Below are positions 12,832 to 24,429 of a stretch of 57,080 nucleotides of DNA, in pieces. The DNA comes from Octopus bimaculoides (lineage: Eukaryota), in the NCBI RefSeq assembly GCF_001194135.2, contig NC_068986.1:71017888-71074967 (forward strand), read 5' to 3'. Both the position numbers and the translations under genes were made by a program. Below the pieces are notes generated by a model, which saw only the letters and a list, made by a program, of their open reading frames with translations, ran no database searches and was not told where the DNA came from. Within the stretch, counting starts at the first letter, position 1. Each line of letters begins with the position of its first letter.

Positions 12832-12993
12832 AAACCAATTCAAACGAGGTAGTGGGAATTCGTGTTATTTACGTCGATGAAGTAGCTCAGGGAACTGACG
12901 AAAATCGAGCTAACAGAAAGCAGTCTTCTAAGAAAAATCTAGAGAAGAGAAACAGTGTTCACCCATTACAAGAAAGACTTGAACAGACTTCAG
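12832..12993 (+). CDS. Candidate downstream coding exon of the Kv channel (C-terminal tail)
   Basis: TTTTTTCTTTCTTCCGCAG acceptor and CAG|GTAATA donor, 162 nt, phase 1-1, open: xTNSNEVVGIRVIYVDEVAQGTDENRANRKQSSKKNLEKRNSVHPLQERLEQTS. Confidence 0.65.
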
Positions 12994-15191
12994 GTAATAG
13001 AAATAGACAAACTGTAAGAAAGTATTTACTCTCTTTCCTGCTAAAATATTAAATTAGAGTAGAATTAATTATTTCTATACAAATATATTTAAGAGTTTCC
13101 AAGGATAGTAGAAACTTCACTGTGAACTAATAGAAGAACATTACTACTTTCTGTTAGTATTTTTGGCACACTGCAGCCTATGAACGCCATTAGCAACATA
13201 CAGCAAATATCTACTGCAATAAAAATGTATTTCGTATTGTCAGAAGTAAATCATTATCTTAATTTGTTTCTAGCACCGAGATAAATTCTGCGTTCTGTTA
13301 CTCCCTGGATAAACTATATGTGGCTATTTGTTGGTTGATGTGCGACTACGCATGTATAGTTTCGGACTGACGTTAAGTGAATTCACTGTCCATATGGATA
13401 TAGATGGGCAACTTTGTAACATTGATGGTTTATAATCATAACGTGGTGTGATGACTATTGGACAATAACGCATTCATATTATTGGGTTTTGCTGAACACC
13501 TAATGTGAGCTGTATTTATGTCTTTATTTTCTCTTTACAATGTCACTGCTGCAATACTATTATTTTCCCACTCACTCTTGCGGAATAATGTCGATTGCTT
13601 GATCTTTTGGTGATCAGAAGTATTCATCAATGCGTGATTACCCCTATTGAATTCTTGGGATTGGTCAATTATATTAACCCCAGTACTCGAGTGAATACAT
13701 CATTCCTTCAAAGTAAAATTCCCTCTGTATATTTCCTTTTCTTTGGCTCAATTATTGTCATTGACCACCCCACCCAGAAATATAAACTCTGCAAACTGTA
13801 CCATCTAGATTTCTGGTTAGGTAGATTTAAACCGATTCTTTGCATAATAACAAAATTTAGTTGCCTTGGTAAGATATGAACGCGTGAATAACAAGATTAC
13901 AGCAATTAAATTACAGTGCATCTATATTACGTCATTGCTTGGTATTTTATATAACACAAAGTCATATCTTTTAAGTGGCATAGTACACTATTATAAAAAT
14001 TTTAACTCATTGATTGTCATTTTTTTTTGTTGCTCTACGATCAGTTATCAGCGGATTTATAGTCAATGCTAAAAGATAAATGGCCATAATAGCAGACGGC
14101 TACCAAGGTAGAGTGAGGTTAAAAATGACGATATCTTTCACAAAGACAACGCAGTACTAGTAAAAGTGAGTGAACTAGCGATCTATGATTGACACCTTAT
14201 CTATTCTCATAAATTCTATTAAATATGTGATAAAATACAAAATGCATTCAATATGAAATACCATTTGCCCTAAATCAAGTTGCATATAACTTTACTACTA
14301 CACAATTTATTATCAACGCACCAATGTGAATAGAGTTAACTGTTTGATCTTTAGTTCATCTGAAGTATCCATCAATTGGTTACCAAATCTATTGATTTCT
14401 GGGGAACATACATCGAAGACATTGAACTAGTAATTGTTTTATCGATTTTAGCAGTAAGAAAGAGAGAAGTCTACATCGATTTGGTTTGAAGTCAAAAGTT
14501 AAAGGGCCATCACTAAACAACACAAGACACTTTGTCTACTCTACGAATTAGGTGAACTTTCTGCCTTGTGCGTACCCCTTTAGTGAACAAAATTAATTAG
14601 CCTTTTATAGTTGGTGCTCCAGAATGGAAAATATGGTGTTAAGTATTTGTATAGACCATTCTAGAGGTGGATGAATGAAAGGTATTAGGTTAGAGAAAAT
14701 TACCTTTCTGTTGAATTTTTCAGAGAAACTATTTACGGGAGAAAAATTTGCAAGATGTATTGTGAAATACATAATATGTAAAGCAAAAAGTAAAGGACGA
14801 TTGTTGAACAGTTCACGAGATTACTAAGTCGGGATGTGTGTGTGTTTTTTTTGGGCGGGGGGAGTTGGTAATGGGGCTAGGGTAAGTGAAAGTGAGTTTT
14901 TCTTTTAATTTTGAATTTATATTGCAAGAAATTTGATCTGACACTGCGTGTTGCAACTAATATCAATATATTTCGGGAGAATTTCACAAGTTACTATTTG
15001 TTTATATTTTTCTTCTTTTCCCAAAGCAGTTGTTCTTTCCCTATAATCTCAAAAAAAATTTCACTACGTCAACCTGTAGCTTTTCCATGGATATATATTC
15101 TCAACGCTTAGTTTCTAACTGATTTTACTGTTGCTACATTTCTATACTAAACGTGAAAATTGATGCTGGATTATTCTGGTTATTTCTACAG

Positions 15192-15205
15192 GATCAAATC
15201 TATGA
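15192..15205 (+). CDS. Possible alternative micro terminal exon (GSNL-stop)
   Basis: TTATTTCTACAG acceptor. In phase 1 it reads (G)GA TCA AAT CTA TGA. The polypyrimidine tract is weak. Confidence 0.2.
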
Positions 15206-15667
15206 TAGGGTGGTAGTTGATTAAGCAAAGTATACTGCAGATATTTTCGATCATGAATATTCATTTTTTTTTATTGGCATTCAGTCAATATGATATGTGT
15301 GCAAAGAAAGATTTGATTTGATTTCTTTACGATTATACATAAGCTTCTCCGTTTGCTCGAGTCGATAAAGAGATTTTTTGATAAGGACGATTTCTTTTTA
15401 TAGGTATAATGTTAGAGTGTGTCCCATTTTCAATGTGGAATCAGTATTTTGCGATTGTTCATTTGTATCAGCTCAAAGCTGTTGTGTTGCAAAAGCAAGT
15501 TCCTATATTTCTTGCAGGAAAGGTATGCCGTTTTCTAGATGAATTTCCAAAGATTGATGTTCACAGTATCTGTGGTGAGTGGGATTATGTTTCAACAAAC
15601 AGATGAAGGAGAAACTGTTATTTTGTTATTCTAAAGGTTAACTTGTCATCAGCTTCGCAATAGAATG

Positions 15668-15858
15668 TGGAGGTAGAACGTGGTAGAAGAAAACGACCTG
15701 CGATATCTATTTACATTTCATTATGTTCTGAGTCAAAATTTCGCCAAGTTCGAAATTGCATTTCATGTAACCGAAGTCGATAAAAATAAGCACAAATATT
15801 GGGTTTGATTTAATCGTTTATCACCGTAACCCTACGGTGTACTTGTGTTATAAGTTTT
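15668..15858 (+). mobile_element. Degenerate tRNA-derived SINE (family A)
   Basis: TTCTGAGTCAAAATTTCGCC...GTCGATAAAAATAAGCAC resembles the copies at 17471 and 17693. Confidence 0.55.
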
Positions 15859-15893
15859 ATAAGTCATTATAATTTAATTTGTATCTATTTCAG

Positions 15894-15982
15894 ATGTAAC
15901 TGCGCATCGTCTTCAACAACGTTCTCATTCATTGGGGCGGAGAAGTTCTTTCTTTCCACGAAATCTCACTGACATTGAATAA
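15894..15982 (+). CDS. Candidate terminal coding exon of the Kv channel
   Basis: TTTGTATCTATTTCAG acceptor. Phase 1 reads (D)VTAHRLQQRSHSLGRRSSFFPRNLTDIE*, phase-compatible with exon 12832-12993. AATAAA follows at 15978 and 16079. Confidence 0.55.
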
Positions 15983-16078
15983 AAAACTTTATCTGATAAA
16001 GAGGTTTGCTGAAAAAAATTACACGAATTAAAAATGAATTATTGTATGTGATATCAAACATCAGTAATTGACCAGTGA

Positions 16079-16084
16079 AATAAA
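16079..16084 (+). terminator. Candidate polyadenylation signal AATAAA
   Basis: Hexamer about 100 nt after the predicted stop. It is common by chance in AT-rich DNA. Confidence 0.25.
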
Positions 16085-17089
16085 AATTTTATTAACCTTT
16101 GAAACAAAAATTAATATTTTTTAAGACTATCAAAACAGTGATAATTGGTTGAATTATCATTTCATCATATTAAAATATGTGATTAATACAATTAACTTAA
16201 CACAAGTTACAAAACAGCAGATAAGAAAAATATCTCAAGTAGGTCAATATATGACTCCAGTTAACTCAACGAGACGTTAATATATTGACTAACGTTCACA
16301 AAAGTTCTCCATGTGTTGAAGTTAGCCTTTTAGCAGGAGAAAGTAAACAAAGGGCTAATGTCAAATGTTAGCGAATTCTAAAGAAAAAGAGATAATTACT
16401 GGTAACCAAGAATGAATTACACAGAAGATTTAATTTTCATATTTAGGCGGAAAATATGTTCTTCGAAAAGGCGACAGTTATGGAAATGCTACTAGTAAGT
16501 GCAACACAACCTTCTTTGATCTGTAGACATACCATTTCACAAACATACAAAGAGATACGAAGAATCTTATTTAATATAATTTGCATAAATCCCCAAAGAC
16601 ATAATAACTGAATTAAGCTAGTGTCCTGAGTTGACGTAATTCAAGCAGATTCGCAACTAATTTTGAGTGACTTGAAATTTATCTCTTAAGTGAATAATGA
16701 AAACAAACACCCAACAGCATATGTTAGCAAGTTTATAAGAAAATAAGAGACAATTCCTAAAATTTAGCAATTAATTATACAAAAAAATTAATATTCATGT
16801 TAAAGAAAACTTTAATTCAGGCAAAAATCTTCCACTTGATGAAGTTTAAATTTCATAAAATTACAGAACTTTTACCGTTTTGAATTTGATTGTATGATCT
16901 GTAATTGGCACTTACTTGAAGTGTTCAAAACACATAAGTCCAGTTAATTAATGATGCTAATGATCGGATATATGATAATTTGCTTAAATATTCAGTAACC
17001 GCATACTGATGATATAGTCCAGTAAAGAAGGTTCTGCAATTTGGGCTGAACGATCTGCCCAAATGATTCGTTTTATAGTGATTAGATAT

Positions 17090-17278
17090 GAGCTGTACTC
17101 CCTCCATCAAATCAATGTTGTCTGAACAGGTGCACAATGTAACACTTCCGGTGTCGAAGTGATCGCAAAGCAACGTGAGATGAAGTATTTTGCTCAAGAA
17201 TGCAATGCGCCACTCGGTCCAAGAATTAAAATCATAACCTCGCGATCGTGAGTGCAACACTCTAACCAGTAGGCCATG
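17090..17278 (-). mobile_element. tRNA-derived SINE 5' part
   Basis: Minus strand GGCCTACTGGTTAGAGTGTTGCACTCACGATCGCGAGGTTATGATTTTAATTC has A-box and degenerate B-box spacing, then TTCTTGAGCAAAATACTTCATCTCAC core-like sequence. Confidence 0.65.
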
Positions 17279-17470
17279 CATCTTTACAACTACGCTCAAC
17301 TATTTAATATTAGGTAGGAAACCAAACTACTTTACTTCGGTATCCACATGAATAAAAAATGGCTAGGTTTGTACATGTTCAATGCAGATATCGTAAAAAA
17401 TGTATATAGAAACAATTATTGGAAGAGGAAAAAAATATTAACAAATAAAGGATATTATTTTGATATTTAA

Positions 17471-17683
17471 GGCGGTGAAAGCAGTGAGATGGCAGAATCG
17501 TTAGCAGGTCGGGTGCATTGCTTCGCGGCATTTCGTCCGTCTTTACTTTCTGAGTTCAAATTCTGCTGGGGTTGACTTTTCCTTTCATCCTTTCGGGGTC
17601 GATAAAATGAGTACCAGGTCGATATAATCAACTTACTACTCCCCAAAATTGCTGGCCCGGTGCCAGAACTTGAAACCAATATT
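17471..17683 (+). mobile_element. tRNA-derived SINE (family A)
   Basis: TGGCAGAATCGTTAG (A box), GAGTTCAAATTC (B box), CCTTTCATCCTTTCGGGGTCGATAAAATGAGTACCAG body. Confidence 0.8.
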
Positions 17684-17692
17684 CAAGTTGGT

Positions 17693-17897
17693 TAGCTGGT
17701 AAAGTCGTTAGCACGCCGAGCAAAATGTTTAGCAGCATGTTATCTGTGTAAGTTCTAAATCTGCCGAGGTTGACTTTGCCTTTCATGATTTTGAAATTGA
17801 TAAAATAGGATAAAATAGGTACCAGTTGAACACTGGAGTCGACTTATCCCCTTCCCTGAAATTGCCGGCCTTGTGCTAAAATTTGAAATCGATATTA
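17693..17897 (+). mobile_element. Second family A SINE in tandem
   Basis: GTCGTTAGCACGCCG...GCCGAGGTTGACTTTGCCTTTCAT...GGCCTTGTGCTAAAATTTGAAA, collinear with the preceding copy. Confidence 0.75.
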
Positions 17898-18324
17898 TTT
17901 TAATTTTTTTCGGCAAGTAATGGAAACAACTCGATAGATGTTTCTGTAATATCCTGATCTCACCAGGGAATCATAACCATCAATCGTATTAACTGTTGTC
18001 CTCACGAAAAAAAAAGGCACATTAAAAATGCACAAGATTGGTTGAGTATGGTTTGGTAAAGAAATCCAGAATTATTGCTGAGAATAAATAAGATATTCTT
18101 CATCGCATAATATATTTCTAGTTAGGTTTCTTCTCTTTGCACTACATGTGCAAGCACTAACTGTTTATTCATGAGAATATCTATTTAATGGTGTCTTTTA
18201 CAATTTCAGAGAACAGAAATATCAATATTTACTGGAACACAATTTTTATCATCCTGTTAGCTTACACCTCTTAATTTTATTAATTTTATTTTGTAGTTAG
18301 TATAATTTATCTTATTTGAACATT

Positions 18325-18472
18325 AGTTCAAATCCTACCAAGATAAACTGTCTTTTTCATCCCTCTGTGTTTGATAAAATAAAGTACTAGTCAAATACTG
18401 GATTTGATGGTATCAACTATTTACATCTTCTCAAAAATTTCTGGCCTTCTACTTAAGTTAAAAACAGTTATT
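18325..18472 (+). mobile_element. Degenerate family A SINE, 3' portion
   Basis: GTTCAAATCC...TTTCATCCCT..GATAAAATAAAGTACTAGTCAAATACTGG. Confidence 0.5.
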
Positions 18473-18754
18473 TTATTTGAGCTTTCTCCAGCTCTGCTTC
18501 TTTTGTTTCGGGAAGGTCTCATTTCTTTACCGTTGCTCATATTTGCACATTGTTTTGAAAAATATAAGGGTTAACGTTTCCGGTAGAGTTCTTTGATCAA
18601 TCATTTACATGGATGAAATGACTTAACAGATAAAAAACGTACTGTTAAATGTTCTATAGGGGCAGTTTTATTTCTAATGTAAATTTAAAAGAAAGCACTC
18701 GACAAATAGTTTTCGAAGCATAGTCTTCTCACCGATTTATTTTTTATTATACAG

Positions 18755-19024
18755 AAACGGAAGGTCTTGAATCACAGGAGGTTGATGCGAGAGACGTTTG
18801 GCTTCAACAACTGGGTCGATACTTGCAAAATTAACACCTCCAATCTCCAAAATTAAGCAGGGATAAAAGAATTGGTTCTGAGGTTTCAAAGACGTGTGAT
18901 GAAAAGAGCATATGCGAGAGGAGAGGGTTTGCAGGCAGCTTGTCAGAAGATGAAGCTGTTGTAGTAGCAATATAAGAGGCGGAGAGTAGTAGTGCATCTG
19001 TGAGCGTGTCGTTGAAGTGTGTTG
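18755..19024 (+). other. Exon-like segment (270 nt, phase 1-1) with two in-frame TAA stops
   Basis: CTCAC branch-like motif plus TTTATTTTTTATTATACAG acceptor, and a TTG|GTGAGT donor. The phase-1 frame is open except for TAA at 18832 and 18973. Confidence 0.45.
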
Positions 19025-19294
19025 GTGAGTAAATAATTACAAACCATTCGAATAATTTTCTTGTATCTCGAAAAAGTGATGTCTGTGTATATAACAGAAA
19101 CATCCACAAGATATAGAAATATGGATTGTGTCAACGCGGGATTTACTTGAGCTTGAAAAATGTCATCATCTGATTAAAGCCGAATTATTTTCTGGTTCTA
19201 AAGAAGAATGCCCGTTTTTGCAATGCTGTTATGACATTCTAGGCAACACTTTTTTATTTGCTCTGTGGTGTGTTTGTGAATGTATTTTAATCTT

Positions 19295-19296
<2 letters not shown>

Positions 19297-19343
<47 letters not shown>
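19297..19343. repeat. (CT)n microsatellite running into an assembly gap
   Basis: Pure run. Confidence 0.95.
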
Positions 19344-19503
19344 NNNNNNNNNNNNNNNNNNNNNNNNNNNNNNNNNNNNNNNNNNNNNNNNNNNNNNNNN
19401 NNNNNNNNNNNNNNNNNNNNNNNNNNNNNNNNNNNNNNNNNNNNNNNNNNNNNNNNNNNNNNNNNNNNNNNNNNNNNNNNNNNNNNNNNNNNNNNNNNNN
19501 NNN

Positions 19504-19540
<37 letters not shown>

Positions 19541-19564
19541 TTACACACACATACATACATATTC

Positions 19565-19788
19565 AGGCATGGCTGTGTGTTGAGAAGCTTGCCTTCCAAT
19601 CACATAGCTCCTGGATCAGTCTCACTGCGTGGCACCTTCGCAAAATGTCTTACTGTAGCCTCGGGCCGAGCAAAGCGTTGTAAATGGATTTGTTAGACGG
19701 AAATTGAAAGACACCGTCGTGTATATATATGTATATANNNNNNNNNNNNNNNNNNNNNNNNNNNNNNNNNNNNNNNNNNNNNNNNNNN

Positions 19789-19833
<45 letters not shown>

Positions 19834-20106
19834 ATGTGTGTATGTGTGTGTGTGTCTGTATCTGTGTCTGTCTGTCTGTCTGTCTGTCTGTTTTTGTTTC
19901 TGTGTTTGGCCCCCATCCACCGTTTCACAACCGATGTTGGTGTATTTACGTCAACATAACTTAACAGTTCGCAAAAGAGAATGATAGAATAAGTACCAGG
20001 TTTAGGAAAACTAAGTATTGGGGTCGATTCATCTGACTAAAGATTCTTCGAGGCAGTGCCCCAGCATGGCTGCAGTCTAATGACTGAAACAAATAAAAGA
20101 TAAAAG
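19565..20106 (+). mobile_element. tRNA-derived SINE (family B) with internal (TA)/(TG) microsatellite
   Basis: GGCTGTGTG...CACTGCGTGGCACCTT...GACGGAAA head, central microsatellite with gap, CCAGCATGGCTGCAGTCTAATGACTGAAACAA tail. Matches the 35051 copy. Confidence 0.85.
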
Positions 20107-20159
20107 TTATATATATATATATAGTTAGTGCTCAAGTAGACAACCTGAGACGTTAGATA

Positions 20160-22220
20160 TATATATTAAAGTTAGAAGGAGAGTTCAGGTAGGAGAGTTC
20201 AGCCATAAAACCGGTGTATTCAAATTATTAAAATATATTTAATGTATCACTTTTAAAATATTGAAAAATATAAAAAGTTTACAGATACTTAAATATATAA
20301 AAATATAATAGACATATATAGGTAGAAAAACTATATTGATGTACAAAAATATATTTGCATCTTAGAAGGTATACAATGAAGGCATCATCCTTTTTACAAA
20401 TTAAGAGCGTTGTTAAAAGGTATTAAAAATATATTAAAAATAAAAGTGTAAATCCTCGCGAAAAGGTGAATAAAGAAATGTTTAAACATCTATATAGAAG
20501 GTAAAGTATCCAATGACTAGACGGAGGTACTTCAATTTAAAAAATTAAGTGGTGATGCTCCGACGGCTGTTTCAAAGGTACAGTATTACAAACAAATAAA
20601 GGATGTTGCTTTCTCCTTTATCAGGGAGAATGTATTAGTTAAGGATTCACATCTCATATACTGCCATAATAAGTAAATGGGTTTTTGGTTTTATAAATAG
20701 CTATACATGTTAGCAGGATAATAATTGTATTATACGGAGGGACTTCTATCATAAACCAAGATAATGAGTATTGTTTATTCTTTAGCTTAAGTTCGTGCGT
20801 ATATGCAGCTAACGTTGTTGTGAATTTATATTTTGAGTTAGTAAAAGAGTTAAAATGATCCCTATGGCGACGCTTAAAATAAATAGTACTTCCTATGTAA
20901 ACCCTTACCCTCTGTGTGGCAGGAATCTCTACACAGCACTTATAGACTATATTTTTGCGCAGACAGGATCCAAGTACGCATGAGTCTGGAATGCAGTAAT
21001 TACATGTTTTTCTTCTTGTATCAGCATTAATCTTCCGTTTAACTGAGGTCAGAAGTACCCTCAACTGGTAGGGGGTGGCCTGGTGTATCATTTTTATTAG
21101 AACTAGTATGGGTTTTAGAGTTAGGGTGCAATACAAGGGTTTGGGTGGGTAGACTTCCTAAGTCTAAGTTTGGATCTATTAATGGAGGTTATAACCGATC
21201 CTGAATTTGATGTAGTGGAATACGAAAGATTCACAGATGACTTGTTGAAAAAAGGATAATATTTATGATGTTTTGGGAAGTTTTCGTTCAAAATTTTAAA
21301 GAATAATTTCGGTAATAATCTAACCTGAAGAGAGAAGGGCGGGGCGAACCATATAATTTCCCGTTTCCTAGATTTTGAATATTTGGTTTCATTAAGTTGG
21401 TCGGAGTTATACGATTTATACTTATGGTAATTCCAAAATGATATATTATTTATTCGGGCGTTATCTGTAAATGTTTTATTTTCTTATATATTTAATTGGT
21501 TTAATCAAAGAGGAGGCCATAGTATTAGATTGTGAGTTAGTTCTCGTGAAGAGATTGGCAATTTTAATTTTGAGTATTGTATCAGGGATATAAAATATTT
21601 TATCTTTGAAGCCACTTAATTTTAGAGCTTGGTTATAATATGGAGCATGAGTGTTAAATATCTCCTCTTTGGAAGATAAGCTTGAAATTCTAATAGAAAT
21701 GGCCGTTACCATGATATTAGGGTTGATCTAGGATGATTAAAGAGAATATTTAAGTACTGAAGGGTTTGGTTGGGTTTCCTATATGGATAGTGAAGATTAG
21801 TATTAAGGTTAAGTGTGACATCCAAGAAGTGGGCTACCTTATTATCGATTTCCATATGGATGCTTAAACATTTCTATATTCACCTTTCCGCGAGAATTTG
21901 CACTTTTATCTTTTAATATATTTTAAACACCTTTTAACAACGCTCTTAATCTCTACGAAGGACAATGTCTTCAATCTATACCATTTAGATGCTAATATAT
22001 TTTTATGCATTAATATAGTTTTTCTACCCATATATGTCTATTATATTTTTATATATTTATGTATCTGTAAATTCATAATATTTTTCAATGTTTTAATGAG
22101 TGATACATTAAATATATTTTAATAATTTGCCTACACCGGTTTTATGGCTGAGTATATATTGTATTATTATTCTAAATTGTTGAACTTACCCGAATTCTCC
22201 TTTTAAATATTTATATGTAT
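20160..22220 (-). mobile_element. Penelope-like element, 5'-truncated, RT C-terminus plus GIY-YIG endonuclease, with inverted pseudo-LTR
   Basis: Minus strand reads HFLDVTLNLNTNLHYPYRKPN..NHP, then RISSLSSKEEIFNTHAPYYNQALKLSG, then CN..C..GSCL..NIVYKC....VYIGST..FKRRH.DH.NSF. Segment 20200-20470 is the reverse complement of 21880-22150. Confidence 0.85.
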
Positions 22221-23834
22221 ACATATATATATATATACAAAAATTTAAAATTTAAAAGAGAGTTTTGACGCTGATATCCATTATTATTGAAGTTTATTCC
22301 TATGTCAACATTTCTGTATAACTGTCAAATTCAAGTCAAATATATAATTTACCTTACACATCTTCAGGGTACTTTAGACCTTTGAGGAGAAATCTCTTGA
22401 TATATTGATAGCGATTACATGCTTTTCTCATCAACACATTGTGGAGATATCATCATATGAACAAATATATATATATACATATATATACATATATATATAT
22501 ATACATATATATATACATGCATATACTTATATATATATATACATATATATAAATATATATATATATATACACACACACATATATATGTATATATGTATAT
22601 ACATATAAATATATATATATGTATGTATGTATGTATATNNNNNNNNNNNNNNNNNNNNNNNNNNNNNNNNNNNNNNNNNNNNNNNNNNNNNNNNNNNNNN
22701 NNNNNNNNNNNNNNNNNNNNNNNNNNNNNNNNNNNNNNNNNNNNNNNNNNNNNNNNNNNNNNNNNNNNNNNNNNNNNNNNNNNNNNNNNNNNNNNNNNNN
22801 NNNNNNNNNNNNNNNNNNNNNNNNNNNNNNNNNNNNNNNNNNNNNNNNNNNNNNNNNNNNNNNNNNNNNNNNNNNNNNNNNNNNNNNNNNNNNNNNNNNN
22901 NNNNNNNNNNNNNNNNNNNNNNNNNNNNNNNNNNNNNNNNNTATATATATATATATATATATATATTTATGTCCAAATGAAGACATGCCTTTCAGCAGGT
23001 TTAAGCACCATAGGATACCTCACTAGTCCTAGTGGGGTAATAATTATAAGATATGGCTGATAGGAACTGACGTAGTGGATACAAGACATATAGGACATGA
23101 AAAATTATGTAGTTATGTTTTAGCTGCTGAGACAGTTGAAGCACAGATTGCAGGAAAAAAATATACTTAGATCTTATTGACTGGAACAGACAAAAGAAAG
23201 CAGTCTTTTACTAACGAAATAACACGAAACAAAACAAAACGAACGGTGCACATGAGCAACACTGGAAAGCATGTAAGATTAGATGTTCAAGCAGCAGTCT
23301 TTGAGCAAATGAGAGAAGTAGTGGTGAGAAGTAGAAATTCGTGTGATCTCCGTGAGAATTGAAGTGGAAAAAAGAAACTGATAGGCCAGAGCGGTAGTGG
23401 AAAGAGTTGCATGATAGGAAAAGAAGATGACAGAGTAGTATGAGAGAGGGAGAGACAGAAAGAGAGAGAGAGAGAGCATGTGAGAGAGGGCGTGAGAGAG
23501 AGAGAGAAAGAGAGAGAGAGTCTGTGAGCATGTGCGTAGGAAAAACTTGTGTGCTTGTTACAAAGGAATCTTTACTCGTTTCTTTGATGTCATTCATCGT
23601 GGAAAACTCATTTCACTTTTTTCTTTTTTTTTCTTCTTAATTTTAATTGTTATCAAGACAAAATTGTTTTAGGAAAATGTTCTGAAATAATTTTGTTGCG
23701 TTAACAAATTTAAAATCTTTTGGTTTTTGATGAGCAATTTGAACAGACATTTTGCTTTAAACAATAAATCTTAAATATTATATGACGACTCTCTCTCCCC
23801 TCTCCCCTCTCCCTCTCCCCCTCACTCTATGTAT

Positions 23835-24246
23835 ATTCTTTTATTCTTTTACTTGTTTCAGTCATTTGAGTGTGGCCATGCTGGAGCATCGCCTTGAAGG
23901 GTTTTAATCGAAGAAATCGAACCCATGACTTTTCTTTGTAAACCTAGTACTTATTCTATTTTCCCCTTTTGCTGAACGGCTAAGTTACGGGAACATAAAC
24001 ATACCAGCATCATTGTGTCAAGTGATGGCGAGGGACAAACACAGACACAGACAGACAGACAGACACACAAATATATACATATATATAGGACGGGCTTCTT
24101 TCAGTTTCCACGTACCAAATCCACCCACAAAGCTTTGGTCGGCCCGATGCTATAATAGAAGACACTCATCCAAAGTGTCATACAGTAGAACTGAACCCGG
24201 AACCATGTGGCTGGGAAGCAAGCTTCTTACCACACAGCCACACCTG
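23835..24246 (-). mobile_element. Family B SINE, reverse orientation
   Basis: TTACTTGTTTCAGTCATT..GGCCATGCTGGAGC...GGTCGGCCCG...GCTTCTTACCACACAGCCAC is the reverse complement of the family B consensus. Confidence 0.85.
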
Positions 24247-24273
24247 TACACACACACACAGCCACACCTGTAG

Positions 24274-24305
<32 letters not shown>

Positions 24306-24393
24306 TTCAAATTTATAGAAAAACAAAGACGAAGACAGGTGTAGGAACAACGAACAAGTATGTTAGTTTGACGCTCGGGAAAAATGAAAAAGT

Positions 24394-24429
24394 CTTTTAC
24401 GTTATGAGCCTACGCTCTTGGACAGAAAG
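24394..24429 (-). ncRNA. Decayed minimal hammerhead-like motif
   Basis: Minus strand: CTTT-CTGTCCA-A-GAGC(GTAG)GCTC-ATAA-CGT-A-AAAG. Stems I, II and the palindromic III are intact, but both core strands are mutated. Confidence 0.35.

Noticed and set aside
18209-18275. Acceptor-like ACAATTTCAG followed by about 21 open codons
   Set aside because: An open stretch of that length is common by chance and there is no supporting donor or motif.
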